Origin: Ginglymostoma cirratum
Lineage: Eukaryota
Direction of reading: 5' to 3'
Assembly (NCBI GenBank): GCA_024137785.1
Contig: JAHRHZ010000122.1
Coordinates: 2,848,467-2,912,466, forward strand
DNA: 64,000 nucleotides
Of this stretch, positions 51,122 through 64,000 are shown piece after piece (the stretch's first letter is position 1; each line of letters opens with the position of its first letter). The position numbers and the translations under genes are program-made. A model generated the notes under the pieces. That model did not search any database, was not told where the DNA came from, and was given only the letters and a program-made list of their open reading frames with translations.

Positions 51122-53286
51122 GAAATAGTTTTAATCTCGTGGTTTTTCTATTTTTTAAATGTCTCAACTGTTTAAAAAAAGTTTCAATAACGGAGGCTGT
51201 TGTTTCGAAGACCTGTTCCCTTACTGATGGATGAGCAGTACTCCCTGGAATTTGATCCAGGTTATTAGTCTGGACCTTCAGATTATTTGCCTATTGAACT
51301 GGTGGAAATAAGTTTCAATTAATAAAGCTGAAATTGAAAGTTGGTCTCAGTGAGGCACCCTCCTCAATTTCTGGAAAACACCATTTGGTTCCCCGGTGAC
51401 CTTTTAGGGGTGGAAATCTGTCACCTTTACTGAATGTGGTTGACTCTTAACCACTCTCTGAAATGGCCCAATGGCCTGAGTTTGAGGGCAATTAGCAATG
51501 GGTAACAAATGTTGGTCTAACCAGGATGCACAACGGATAAATTATCAATTAGGAGTCTTTAAAGTGCCCTTCTTGTCGTTCCACATTGAGGCACATTTCG
51601 GGCTTGCTCTTTGCCTCCGTGTTAATTAAATAGAACTGGAGGGAGGTGGCTAAGGAGATAAATTCTTCTTTCATCTGTCACTAGATCTTTCTTGCTGTTT
51701 CCCTTCTGGTTGAAGGTGTGCTGGAGCCTATCCTTAAGCTGTTGAAACACAAGCTGTGAGCCAAATGTGGAGTGCTCGGTTTCTGATGTGAGGGAGCCCT
51801 GGTTACAGCTTCCCTGTGGATTTGCTGCAACATGATGCATTGTTTTCCAAGTACCAGTGGTAGGGGATTATACAGTGGGGGAGGCATAGGGTTCAGAACC
51901 AAGTCTGCATTTATCTTGACATTCGAGTTAGGCTTTACCTCGCACTTCGCAAGTAGCTTCCAAAGAGACTGTTCCAAAAGGTGTTTGTGTATTTAAGCAG
52001 GGGAACTGAACTGAGTCGGAATGGTGATCGTTACTAAGGACATGGCCCAATGCAGGGGATTCAAAGAGCTTTTTTAATCTGAGAATTGTACCCAGTGTTG
52101 TTTGGAGAGTAGAGTTGGGTTCCTGCTAAACGGCAAGGCTGGCAAAATTCACTACAAAGTGCTCACTGACATGACCTGTGCTTGTCAACCACTGTCGTGA
52201 TCTTTAAAATTCTCATTTTTATTTTCAAATGTCTTTGTGGACTAGATCTCCATTTAGCACTCATCTGTGTTCCCTTTATCCCTCTTCAGCATTCCTCATT
52301 TAACTTGCACCAGTGTTGGCAGCCATACCTTCGGCTGTTCCAGGACCCCGGCTCTGGAAATCCCTCTGGCCATTGCACCTCTTTCTTTTTTTGTTTACCG
52401 TCTTAAAGACCTGTCCTAATATGTTGCATGGCTCAGTGCAAATTTTGTTTCACGCTGCCCTGTTACAATATTTTACTGAATTCAAGGCACTTTATTAATG
52501 CTAGTTATTGGGGGAGGGGAAAGAAAATCTGTGCTGTATACTACCAAGTTCGTGGGAAACGGGAGCTTGCATCTCTATAGTGCCTTGAGCCCTCCAGCTA
52601 TCCACAGGTTCGTTCTACCCGATAGAGTAGTTCTGAATTGCAATCAAGTTTGTATTATAGGAAACAGTAGCCAAGAGGTAGAAAAAAGAAGGCATGCCTC
52701 TTAAAAGGCTTTTAAAATTCTGAAGAAGGTTGATAGACAGGAATAGTATGGAAGTCCATAACTAGTAGGTAGCCATTAACTGAATTCGATAGTAACAAAG
52801 CTCCTCCTGATTTGCCCACATGTACTTGAAATGTCAGTTTGGCTGCCACATGGAGACAGATCATTAACAAAACTAGCTAGCTTTTCACTTAACATATCGT
52901 AGGTACTTGAGGGAAGTGGCTGGGAGAATATGATTAGAACATGGTCTCCAGATGTAGGGAGGCTGTTTAATCCTTGCCCCAGTCCTAATGTCTTCATTCA
53001 GGGTGGTGAACCTGTGGAAATTTCTGCCTACAGAAGGCTTTAGAGTCCTATATTTAAGAAATAAATGAATTTCTAGTCATTCAAGGTATGTAATAGTAGG
53101 GGGAGAGAAGGTAAAGGGCCGATCATGATGAATGATGGAGCAGTTGCAATGGGCTGATTGGCCTACACTAGTTCCTATTTCTGTCTTTATCGAGGAAAAA
53201 CAGGAGGTGGCTCTTGGAAATCCCTCCAGCCATCGCACCTCTTTGTTCTTTTGTGACCCTTCTTAAAGACCTGTGCTAATATTTTG

Positions 53287-53585
53287 GGGCGGCACGGTGG
53301 CTCAGTGGTTAGCACTGCAGCCTCACAGCTCCAGGTGACTGTCTGTGTGTGGAGTTTGCACATTCTCCCCGTGTCTGGGTGGGCTTCCTCCAGGTGCTCT
53401 GGTTTCCTCCCACAGTCCTAAGATGTGCAGGTTAGGTGGATTGGCCATGCTAAATTGCCTGTAGTGTTCAGGGGTGTGTGGGTTATAGGGGGATGGGTCT
53501 GGGTGGGATGTTCCAAGGGTTGGTGTGGACCTTGTTGGGCTGAAGGGCCTGTTTCCACACTGTAGGGATTCTAATTCTAAATCTA
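53287..53585 (+). mobile_element. HE1-type SINE, near full length, with ATTTTG target-site duplication
   Basis: gggcggcacggtggctcagtggttagcactgc head; CR1-like tail; ATTTTG at 53281-53286 and 53586-53591. Confidence 0.88.
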
Positions 53586-53954
53586 ATTTTGCTTGGCTCA
53601 GTACCAGATCTTGATGATCATCCATCATGATCGACCCTTTACCTTCTCTTCCCCCCTACTATTACATGCCTTGAGCGACTAGAAATTCATTTATTTCTTA
53701 AATATAGGACTCTGCAGCCTTCTGTAGGTGGCTGTTGTGGGGGATAAATACTGCTATTGAACAGATGGGCCGAATGGCCTGTATCTGTGTTGCAATTGGT
53801 TTGATCCCATTCTCAATTGGATGACCATCTCAAAGACTCTCAATTTTAAAAATCATCAGCCCAGAATCCATGTGGCTTAAAGCTAGTTACCAGAGACCCC
53901 AACGCCATCCAGGTACCCTTTGTTTTTGCAGATTTTGCCTGTGAAGGAAAAAAC

Positions 53955-54085
53955 AGAGGAAGGGTCACCGGACCTGAAACGTTAACTCTGTTTTCTCCTC
54001 CACAGATGCTGCCAGACCTGCTGAGCTTTTCCAGCAACTTTGTTTTTGTTCCTGATTGACAGCTTCCACAGTGCTTTTGGTTTTT
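53955..54085 (+). mobile_element. PLE pLTR-derived short repeat
   Basis: Near-identical to 3615-3745. Confidence 0.75.
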
Positions 54086-54089
54086 AAAG

Positions 54090-54945
54090 ATAGGTGGAAG
54101 GCCAGGTAGTGTTGAGGAAGCAGGGAGGCTGCAGAAGGGCTTGGACAGGTGAGGAGAGTAGGCAAAAAAGTGGCAGATGGAATACAATATGGGAAGGTAA
54201 GAGATGATGCATTTAGGCTCCCTATTTTCGAAATGGGGAAAGGCTTCAGAAAACTGAAGCATAAAGGGACTTGGGAGCGCGAATTCAGGATGCTCTTAAG
54301 GTTAACATACAGGTTTAGTTGGCAGTTAGGAAGGCTAATGCAGCATTAGCGTTAGCATTCAGTCTGAGAGAGTGAGAATAGAAGGCTAGGGATGTGCTGC
54401 TGTATAAGGCTTTGGTTAGACTGCGCTTGGACTAGTGTGAGCAGTTTTGGGCCCTGTACTGAAGGAAGGATGTGCTGCCCTTCGAGGGGACGCAGAGGAG
54501 GTTTACAAGACTGATCCTGAGGATGGAGGGCTTGTCATGTTGAGGAGCAATTGAGGACTCTGTACTCAATGGACTTCGGAAGGATGGTGGGTGGATCTGA
54601 TTGAAACGGAATTCTGAGAGGTCTGGATAGAAGTGGAGAATGTGTTTTCACCAGTAGGAGAGAATCGTACGTGAGAGCACAGCCTCTGACGAAGGGATGA
54701 CCCTTTCAGAATTCAGATGAGGAAGAATCTCTAGCCAGGGCATGGTGAATCTGTGAAACTCAGGGCTGTAGAGGCCAAGTCAGTGTGTGCATTTAAGAGA
54801 GAGAGCTACGTTTGTGTTTAGTAAGGGGATCAAGAGTTGGAGGGGAGGAGGTATATGAATGGGGATGAGAAACGCATCCGCCCTGATGGAAAGGTAGAGC
54901 AGACTTGATGGGTTGAATGGGCTCATTCTGCTGCTCTAGCCTAGT
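54090..54945 (+). mobile_element. CR1-type LINE 3' fragment
   Basis: Similar to 12865-13498. Confidence 0.85.
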
Positions 54946-55189
54946 CTCTTCAAACGAAGTAAAATCCCTTTTCCAATTCAACACAAGCTTTCTGTACTCA
55001 GTTGGAAAATGTTTGAGGGTGGGACCTTTTGAAATACAAAAGCAGAATCCTTCTGTAATGCAGCTTTTGTTTTTAGTATGGGGGGGGGGGAGGTGTGTCA
55101 TATTTATGGTGAGGATCCTGGTGACTTTCCCCCTTTAAGAATCACTGCGTTGGGTGTTGTTTACCCTGCACACTCATCCGACCTTGGGC

Positions 55190-55525
55190 AAAGGTGGTCT
55201 CCCCGCCCCCTTCTGACTATGATTGGCCAGTGTCGGACTTGGGCGGGGAGTATCGCACGATTAGTGGTTGGGTTTGATGTCAGTCAGTCGGTGCTTCGGG
55301 TTTCGATTGGATGGGGCGACTGTCGGTCAACAGGAACGCGCCAGGGTGGAGCGGTTGAAGCTGTCAATCGGGGACTTCGGCCTGCAATTGGACGGAGAGG
55401 GTATCAATCAGCGGCAGCGGTCGGCGATTGGTCGGCGTGGTCAACGAGCGAGTTAGGTTGTCCACGGGAAAGGGGCGGGCTCAAGATGAGCCCACCCCCT
55501 CCAGTTTGCCCACCTTCCCGCGATT
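55190..55525 (+). promoter_or_regulatory. CNNM3 CpG promoter with CCAAT and GC boxes
   Basis: ATTGG at ~55222, 55306, 55387 and 55427; ccccgccccc at 55201; ggggcggg at 55472. Confidence 0.7.
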
Positions 55526-56853
55526 ATGGCGGCGGTCGACGGGAGCCTGCGCTTGGCGCTGGCCGCCCTGTGGGCCCTGGCGTCCGGGCAGCCGGACGGG
55601 GGCGAGGTCGAGGTGCGGGGGGTCCGGCTGGAGAGTGGCGGCAGCAGCAGCAGCAGCAGTAGTGGCGAAGGCGGAGGCCCGGTGCGGATGGCGGGTGGCG
55701 CTATCGAAGCCGGCGCTGGGGCCCGTTTCCAGCTGAGGGTGTTCGGCCGGCGCCTGGTGGCCGAGAGCTGGCCCTGGTTGGCCTACAGCCCCGAGCCCGA
55801 GTGCGGCAGCGGCAGCCTGGAGACGGCCTGGCTGGGCCTGGGGGATAACCAGACGGACGGCTCGGTGCTGGTGAGCGTCCGGGCCGGCCTGCGGGGGGGG
55901 CCGTTACTACCTGTGCGCCCTGGTGCACCGGGAGAGGGGCCTGTGGCAGCCCCCTGGAGGTTGGGAGACCCCCTTGGACATCCGGCCTCCGCCGTCCCCG
56001 ATCTCGGTGTGGGGCCAGGTGCTGGCGCTGGCCGTCCTGCTGCTCGCCTCGGCCCTTCTCACCCTGCTGCGCCTCAGCGTGCTGTGGCTGGAGCCCCTGG
56101 AGCTGCACATCATCCGCCACTGCGGCACCGAGGCGGAGAAGCGGCGAGCCGAGTCGCTGGAGCCCCTGAGGCGGCGGGGCAACCTGGTGCTCTGCTCCCT
56201 GGTGCTGGGCAACGTGCTGGCTAGCTCGTGCCTGGCAGTGCTGCTCCACTATGTAGTGGGCCCTGTCGTGCCAGCCGTGCTGGCCTGTGCCGGCCTGCTC
56301 TTCCTCCTGGGTGAGGTGGTGCCCTATGCCATCTGCTCGCGGTACGGCTTCGCCGTGGCCTCCCGTGCCACCTGGCTGACCCGACTGATCGTGGTGCTGG
56401 CATCGCCGCTGGCCCTTCCCATCGCCCTGCTACTGGACTGCACCCTGCGCCAGGACGTCAGCACCTGCTACGTCCGTGAGAAGATCCTGGACATGTTGCG
56501 CTCCACCGACCCCTACAGCGAGTTTGTCAAGGAGGAGTTCAGCCGTGGTACGCTGAGGTCCAAAGTGGTGGAGGACATCATGACCGGCCTGAAGGACTGT
56601 TTCATGCTCAGCGCTGAAGCTGTGCTGGACTTCAACACTATGTCTGAAATCATGCAGTGTGGCTACACCAGGATCCCAGTCTATGAGGGGGAGAGATCCA
56701 ACATCGTGGACATTGTCTATGTGAAAGACTTGGCCATGGTCGACCCTGAGGACTGCACTCCTTTGAACACCATCATCAAATTCTACAACCACCCCCTGCA
56801 TTTTGTGTTCAATGACACCAAGTTGGATGCTGTCCTGGAAGAATTTAAGAAAG
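55526..56853 (+). CDS. CNNM3: Metal transporter CNNM3 exon 1, with an apparent +1 frameshift at G8 (55893-55900)
   Basis: Signal peptide and ectodomain lie in the 55526 frame; YYLCALV..TM and CBS1 lie in the 55923 frame; CNNM3-type short linker [17 protein letters not shown]; donor AAAG|gtgatt. Confidence 0.88.
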
Positions 56854-59800
56854 GTGATTGTTTATCACTAGTGGAATCTATTCCACCATACAAAAGTAAA
56901 CATTAATTTGCACAATGTTTTCTGAAGGGCTTTTGAACAAGGTGTGCTTGTGGTGACCTGAACTTTTTTGATCAGCCTGGAGATCTTCACACACCACCAT
57001 TTTTTTTTCTCCCACTGTAATGCAGGGGCCCTGCTAGAGGTCCAAAGTGGTGGAGGAATGTTTTATTGCCTGTTTCAATTTTGTTTCTCTCCCAGGTTCG
57101 TTCTTCTCTGGTCCTATTTCACAATCTATGCAGGTGCTGTAGATCAGTTGTGGGATCACCTACATAGTTCTCGAACTGCAGTTACGCAAGTTGACACGGT
57201 TGTGTTTAAAACAAAAACATAGATATTGTGTTGAATTTTCTGAATGGATTACTGAAGGAAGAAGAGGCCTTTTTTCACTTTTTTACGTGATGTCGGTATT
57301 TGCTGACCATCCCTAATTTCCCTTGAACTGAGTTGCTTGCCTGACCAGTTCAGAGGGCTCTTCAGAGTCAACCACGTTGCTGTGGATCAGAGTCATATAA
57401 GCCAGATGGGTAAAAACTCATCTGCCGTCTTTACGTGAATTGACAACAATTGTCAAGAGTTGCAATCACTGAGACTAGCTTTATTTGCATTTAAATTCTG
57501 AGACAGACATGTTTCTAATATTTAAGGGAGTCAAAAGTCATGGGGAAGAGGCAGAAAAGTGGAGTTGAGGATTATTCAATCAGCCATGATCTCATCGAGT
57601 AGCAGCAGATTTGATGGGCTGAATGGACTATTCTGCTTCTACACCTTATGAATCCAATTTAAGGGCAGGAGCTGCAATTATTCTAGTACCGGGGAGAAGG
57701 AGAGTCGATTGATGTTTTTCCAAATTGTAAGTGATTTTTAACAAAACTGGGAGAAAATGTTTCCAGTACTTGGAGGGTCAGTAACCAGAGTGTGCAAAAT
57801 TTCAGTTCCAAAAGAACCAAAGGCAGCACCAGAGTTTCTTTGGAATGCAGGACCTGCAAGGGTGATGTTGGCAGATTCAGTGATAACTTTAAAATGTATA
57901 TCAGGTGGAGCGTGGAGAAAGTCCTTTGAAAGACCACGGTGGGTCGAATGGCCTCCACGTGATAGGCTCAGTGATGCCTATTCTAGTGGTTGACCTGAAG
58001 CCACGAAGCTCGATAACTCAAAAGGTTTGGTGGCAGTTGTTAACACTTTGCTGTTTGTCTGTCAGCCCTCACTGACACAAATTGCCTTATCCTGCTTCGT
58101 CACAAGGGGGCTAGGTCCTAGCTAAGGACACAGTCAACTATTGATACCTATTCTACAAGATCCACTGTAGAGATTCAGTAGGGCTGAAGTAGTTTTATAG
58201 TGATTATCTTGAGAGATGATTTATATTTAATTATGCCTATTCATGAGCAAGAGTTTGCAGGCAGCCTTCAGGTAATGAACTGTCGCTTGAATTAGGTAGG
58301 GAATTTGTAAAACATTTCTCAATCTAAAAACATTTGTATCAATGTCAGATCTTGGTGTGGCTAATTATTGTTGATGGCTTCTACTTTAAGATGTAGAGGG
58401 GCCTCTCATTTGCTTTCTGGATCATTTCAATGTATCCTGTTTGAATTTGTGAGCAGAAGCACAATTATGGTCCCGCTTTCCATCGTCAATTTGAGAAACC
58501 TACCCTTTTATTTGAGAATGCCCAGTTCATTTTTCCAGGATTTTACGTCCCCTTCTGCCTCTCCTGACCGATTGGCCAGGATCCCCAGACTCCTGTTAGG
58601 AGCTTGAGTATGGGTTGCTGATACATTAACTTCAAACTTTCTTTGCAGCGATTGCCTGAAATGCCAGCCAGATGCTGCATTCCACCTTTGGCTTAATGCA
58701 CAAGCATCCTGTTACCAAAGCACCCTCCCACCTCCCTGGCTTAGGACTTTACCCAGTAAGTTAAATCAAAAAGGGATAAAATACGCAGCGGGGTACTGAG
58801 CGACTTCAGCTGAAGGCTTAGAGCAAAAGAGGCTACCACTCTCAATCAGGGTGTGCAAAAAGCAACACAGAACTGTCACAGCACTGAAAGACACCATTCT
58901 GCTTGTGCAATTCACTGATTAACATTTTTTCCTCCTCCTCCCCATAATCATGCACACACTTTTTTCAAATTCAATCTAATTCTAATTCCTTTTCAATATA
59001 CCTCAATAGAACCCACCTCCACCCTGTTCTCGGGCCCTGCATTGTAGGCTGTAATCACCTGCTGTGTGTGCGCACGTTTCCTCATATCACTTTTCAACAC
59101 TTAAAATGTGTGTTGCTCCTTCCTGATCCTTGCATAAGTGGGAACACCTTCTCCTGATCTGTCTGGACCTCTCAAGATTTTGAATCAAACCTACAGTTTC
59201 GAGAAACACTTCAAAGCAAACTAGTTTGTGACACAGTGTCTGGATAAGGGTACTTTGAAAATTAACTTCTTGGACTTGGGATTGAGGTTACAGTGAGATG
59301 TTATAATCTAGAATTGACTGCCTAAGAAGGTTGTGGAAGCAGATTTATTTGTTACTTTTGTAAAGGCAGATAGTTAGTAGAAAAGCAACTTAAATTTTGC
59401 AAGGTTATTGATGGAACTCCAGATGAGTGAGGCGAACAGAATAATTTTTTTCAAGAGCTTGCACAAGCATCGTGGCCTGAATGCCCCATTTTGAGGCTGT
59501 AGAATTCAGTGTTTCCGTGCGATATTCTAGGCGTTTACAGTGGTGATGAAGATTCCCTACATACTTGTGAATTAAAAGGGCTAGGCCTTTTGACTCTTCA
59601 AGCCCGCTCCACCATTCAATAAAACAAGCTAAGAGAAGGTGGTGGTAATGTCACTGAATTAATAATCCAGAGGCTGACAGAATTTGAATTCAGTGAATTA
59701 ATTTGGTATATAAAACTGGTGTCGGTGAAGGTATTAAAAACTTATTGTTGATAGTCGTAAAAACCCATCTGGATCACTAAATGCCCTTTAGGGAAGGACG

Positions 59801-60531
59801 TTTTCCACGCTTACCCAGTCTGGCCAGTATGATTCCAGAATAGTGTTCCCTCCGAGCTGCCAGATGCACTTGTATTCTATGCACGGCAATCGGTGAGAAA
59901 GATTCCAAATGCAGCATTGACTTCCGATGTGGCATTGACTCCCAGTTCCAGAAGTCACTGCTGTGCGTGTGTCATGGAGGCTTGAGCAGCCAGCAAGAAA
60001 ATTAGTGGGAATGCCACTCCAGGTGCACAGCAATGTGGTTGACTCTATACAGCCCTCTGAAATAGCCAAGTAAACCACTTGGGTGAAGGACATCTGGGGA
60101 TGGGCAACAAATGCTGGCCTTTGCAGCAGTACCCACATCCCATTGAAGAATAAAGAAACTAAATGTAACGACATTTGGCTGATGTGATTGTGGCCTCAAC
60201 TTCACTTTCCTGCCTTCTCCCCAATACCTTTGACTCCCCTATCAGTTCTGAAACAGCCTTAAAAAATTAAATGACCCTGCTTTTACTCATGTCTGGGTTT
60301 TCCCCCCTGTCTGGAACGGGAGACCTCTAATTTGTAAACAACACCCCTTAGTTCTAGTCTCTCCCTCATCCTTTCCATATTTGCAGATTATCGGAGCGGG
60401 AGATGGACAGCAGCAAGGAAGGTAAACCTCTCTGAAAAAGACTTGAATCCAAGTTAATCTTGGTTGTTGTGTTTTATTATCTAACCCTGTTCAGTGGTTA
60501 TAACAACGCTGTGTTGGTGTTTTTGTTTTGA

Positions 60532-60687
<156 letters not shown>

Positions 60688-61754
60688 TAGGAGTTTCGAA
60701 GTGATGGCTTTTGAATTTGGGGATGGTCTCACCAATCTCCTTGTCAACAGGATTATTCAGCATTTCATTACAGGGACTGACCATTCTGCCTAGCGACTTT
60801 CTGCCAATGTTTATGCTCTACACAAATGTCCTCCCTGTCACCTTCCTTTCACCCATTCAGCATACCCTTCTGTTTGTTTCTCTGTCTTGTTGATCTACCT
60901 TCCCATTAAATGCATCTCTGCTGATGATCTCACATTTCCACTTTTGTTTGTGTGTTCCGCAGTCCAACCATTTCCCTTGAATTCCCTATTGGATTTATAA
61001 GTGACCATCATTGATTTATGGCTGCCGGTTCTGGTATTTCCTGCTCTTGGAAATTTATGTGTATCTGCCCTATCGAAATTATCCGTGATCTTGAACTTGG
61101 TCACCCCTTAGAGCAGAGAGCCCCCAGTCTGTCCAGTTTTTCTTGATGTGTATGACCTCTCAGTTCTTGGACTGTTAGCATACTTTTTTTCTTGTCCTTT
61201 GGTGCTGCTCAGGTTCTTTTTTACTAGCCCAAACATGACTTATGTGGTCTAACCAAGGTTACATACATGTTTAATATGACTTACATTACACCTAAAACTG
61301 CAACACTAATGCTGATTCACCACTAAGGACACCCTGTAAAGCAGAGGATGGCTCAATTTCCTTCTGCTACTTTCTTGTGCAAATTCATTCCAGGGGGATG
61401 AGCGCTACAAGCAAGACAGGCATTTATTGCTCTTGTTCCCCTTGAAAAGGTGAGGGTGTGCCGCTGCCTTGAAGCTCGTGTGATTTTTTTTTTTTTAGCA
61501 GTGCAGCAGTAGGCCATTTGGCCCACTATCTGTACTGGTTCTCTGAATAAGCATCTCTATGTCATTCTCCGTCTTCTCCCTGTAATCCTGCACATTCTTC
61601 CTTTACAGATGGCAGTCATGTTCCTTCTAGAAAACCCCACCTGAGCCTGCATTCTGCTGTTGTGTATTCCCATCTGACCGCTTGTGAAAGAGACTTTACT
61701 CCTATCACTTCTGTTAATTACTTCTGGGAGCCAGTTATCTCCGACTTCGAGGAA

Positions 61755-62085
61755 GTTCACCAAAGATCCTCAGACAGCACCTTTCAAACCCATGACCATT
61801 TCTTTCTAGAAGGACAAGGGCAGCAGATATATGGGAACACCACCACCACCTCCAAGTTCCTTTCCAAGTCACTCACCATCCTGACTTGGAAATATATCAA
61901 CGTTCCTTTACTGTCGCTGGGTCAAAATCCTGGAATTCCCTCCCTAATAGCATTGTGGGTCAACCCACAGCAGGAGGAATGCAGCGGTTCAAGAAGGTAG
62001 CTCACCACCACCTTCTCAAGGGCAACTAGGGATGGGCAAGAAATGCTGGCCACCCAGTGACGCCCACATCCCACAAAATGAATAA
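61755..62085 (+). mobile_element. CR1/Zenon-like 3' tail
   Basis: Matches 40300-40595. Confidence 0.75.
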
Positions 62086-62094
62086 TTAAAAATT

Positions 62095-62272
62095 TCAGTT
62101 GGCTGGTTTGCGATAGAGAGCGATGCCGACAGCGTGGGTTAATTCCCGCACTGGCTGAAGTTACCTGTGAAGGACTCCCCTTCGCAACCTCTTCCCTCAC
62201 CTCAGTGACCCTCGGGTTAAATCACAACCAGTTGTACGTCTCTAATGGTAGGATTGTGGTGACTTCACCTTT
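62095..62272 (+). mobile_element. tRNA-derived SINE fragment
   Basis: B-box-like gggtt.aattccc following tggctggtttgcgat. Confidence 0.45.
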
Positions 62273-63065
62273 TAGTTACTGCGAGCAAATTTCTTAAAGG
62301 AGGAGTGAACCATGTAGGTTTTGAATGACAGTTGACAGTTACAACATCGGCACCAATTTCAGTGCAAGTCTATCCTTCCTAAAATATGGACTGCATCCAC
62401 AATTCCAGATATGGTCTCATCAAAGCCCTGTACGTTTGTAGCCTGACTTTCTTGATTCCGTTCCATTTGCAATTAAGACTAAAGTGCCATTTGCGTTTGT
62501 AACTGCTCATTGTACCTGCTCAATAATGTTCTGCCTTTTGTGAAAGCGCCATCTAGCTTCAGGCTCCTCGATGGAGGGCACAGAAATCAGTTATACAGCA
62601 TTGTGACTCTTGTGCGTTAATATTGATTTCCTGCCGGTAAAGACACGAGAAATCAAAGCTGAGAAAAGGCCCCTTAGACTACAAAGACTGTCCCTCTTTA
62701 ACAGCTCTACATTCCCAACCGTAGTGCTTCTCCAATGATACCGTGGTTCCGCAGTCCTCCCTCTCTGATGCAGTGCTTCTTCAGTATTGCATCTCCAATG
62801 GGGCAGAACCCACTCATTGCCGATCATCCGACAGTCACAGAGATTAATCTTCTGGCCTTTGCTGGACGGAGCATCTGTGCTTCATGATGGATGGTGCTTT
62901 TTTTTTTAAGCTGGGATCTTACGTGAAGAATGATTGACATTTCAAATGGGAATGACCTGTGCTGATTTGCTGAGATTGTAGCAGAGGATTGGGAGCAAAT
63001 AACAAGTGGCTCAAAGAATCTCAGTCAGTTTCAGTTGTTTTTTCAATTTTCTGTTCCATCTACAG

Positions 63066-63218
63066 CGCAGGTCAAGGTGAAGAAAAAGTCTGCTCCCATC
63101 AGCACTTCTATTGAGCGCAAGAAGGAAGAAGTCTCGTTTTTTAAGGTGCCTGATATCGATCTAAAGGGAAAGATTTCACCCCAGCTTTTACTAGCAACTC
63201 AGCGCTTCTTATCCAGAG
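63066..63218 (+). CDS. CNNM3: CNNM3 exon 3
   Basis: TQVKVKKKSAP..KISPQLLLATQRFLSR; ATQRFLSRE is CNNM3-type; 153 nt. Confidence 0.93.
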
Positions 63219-63961
63219 GTAGGGAGACAGTTACTGCTGGGGAAAAGGCTGGGTTGTGAGAAGGGTGGTAGAGGGTAACTGTCTTTGGTTCCTGTCCAAA
63301 ATGTGCCTCATAATTTGCAATGTTTTGCTGAAGAGAAAGAACCATGAGTTTGAAGGGCGAGTAAGCTACTAAGTTGACAGTTTTAGCCTGGCGAAAGTGG
63401 TTGGGGAGATCAGTGCTGTGCTGAAATTTGTAGTACAGTCTAGTGCTGGCTGAGAGATTAAAGACTGAAATCTTGCACCGCTGCTGTGTGTGTGTGTCCC
63501 CATGTATGTGGGGAGGTGGAGGGAGCTGTAGGAAGGTGGGAACTGGGGCAGGGAATGAATTATGTACATACTACAGAAATTATAATTCTCGTATTACAGG
63601 CTTGTTTATCTTGCTCCCACTTTAATGCAGTGCTGCTGAATAATAGCAACAATGTTCGTTTGTTGTCATTCACATTGTATACCAATGTGATTTTCTATTT
63701 ATACACTAATGTGATTAACGGGCTATTCACTGCTGTAGAAACAGCCGAGAGTCTGCCTTTAGTTGTTCATGTGGGATTATAAAATCAGTGAGTTTGTTCT
63801 CTTCAAGCCATTCTTCCCCCACCCCATGCCCAATTGAAGAATCCTAGCTGTGTTAACTATTAGCTGCTCCGAAGTTTGTCACTCTGGTACCATAGCACAA
63901 CTGAGCATGTTAGTTTTAAGGTTGCTGCTGTTGCTATAACGACCGCAGGTTGTGTTTGCAG

Positions 63962-64000
63962 AAGTGGAGTTGTTCAGCCCTTCGCGGGTCTCTGAGAGCG
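63962..64000 (+). CDS. CNNM3: CNNM3 exon 4, 5' part (truncated by window end)
   Basis: tttgcag acceptor, then EVELFSPSRVSES in frame. Confidence 0.88.

Noticed and set aside
51321-51326. AATAAA as the CNNM4 polyA signal
   Set aside because: It lies within a SINE-like repeat beyond the UTR-like tract
60387-60421. 35-nt segment with acceptor and donor signals just before CNNM3 exon 2 (possible poison exon)
   Set aside because: Frame-disrupting, embedded in repeat-derived sequence and without homology; needs RNA evidence

Overview
Eukaryotic (vertebrate) genomic DNA. The repeat content points to a shark or other elasmobranch: HE1-type SINEs, CR1, L2 and Penelope fragments, and a ~70-bp minisatellite. 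Gene content from left to right: (1) the last two coding exons and 3'UTR of an unidentified + strand gene; (2) a complete 8-exon LMAN2L/VIPL lectin gene on the - strand (326 aa, ending SRKRFY); (3) a complete CNNM4 Mg2+ transporter on the + strand (7 core exons, 774 aa, plus a candidate 63-nt cassette exon); (4) the first four exons of the tandem paralogue CNNM3, truncated by the window end. This reproduces the human LMAN2L-CNNM4-CNNM3 order and orientation. Notable points: a +1 frameshift in a G8 run, a TLED->TLGD change and a GAG acceptor in CNNM3; a LENG1 N-terminal gene fragment inside a LMAN2L intron; repeated minimal hammerhead-ribozyme-like motifs in Penelope-derived short repeats, several as head-to-head palindromes; a 12-box CCAAT array at the CNNM4 promoter; and a nested inverted/direct duplication between CNNM4 and CNNM3. 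Exon boundaries were derived by hand from splice signals and frame continuity; repeat boundaries are approximate. No clearly new biological system is demonstrated.
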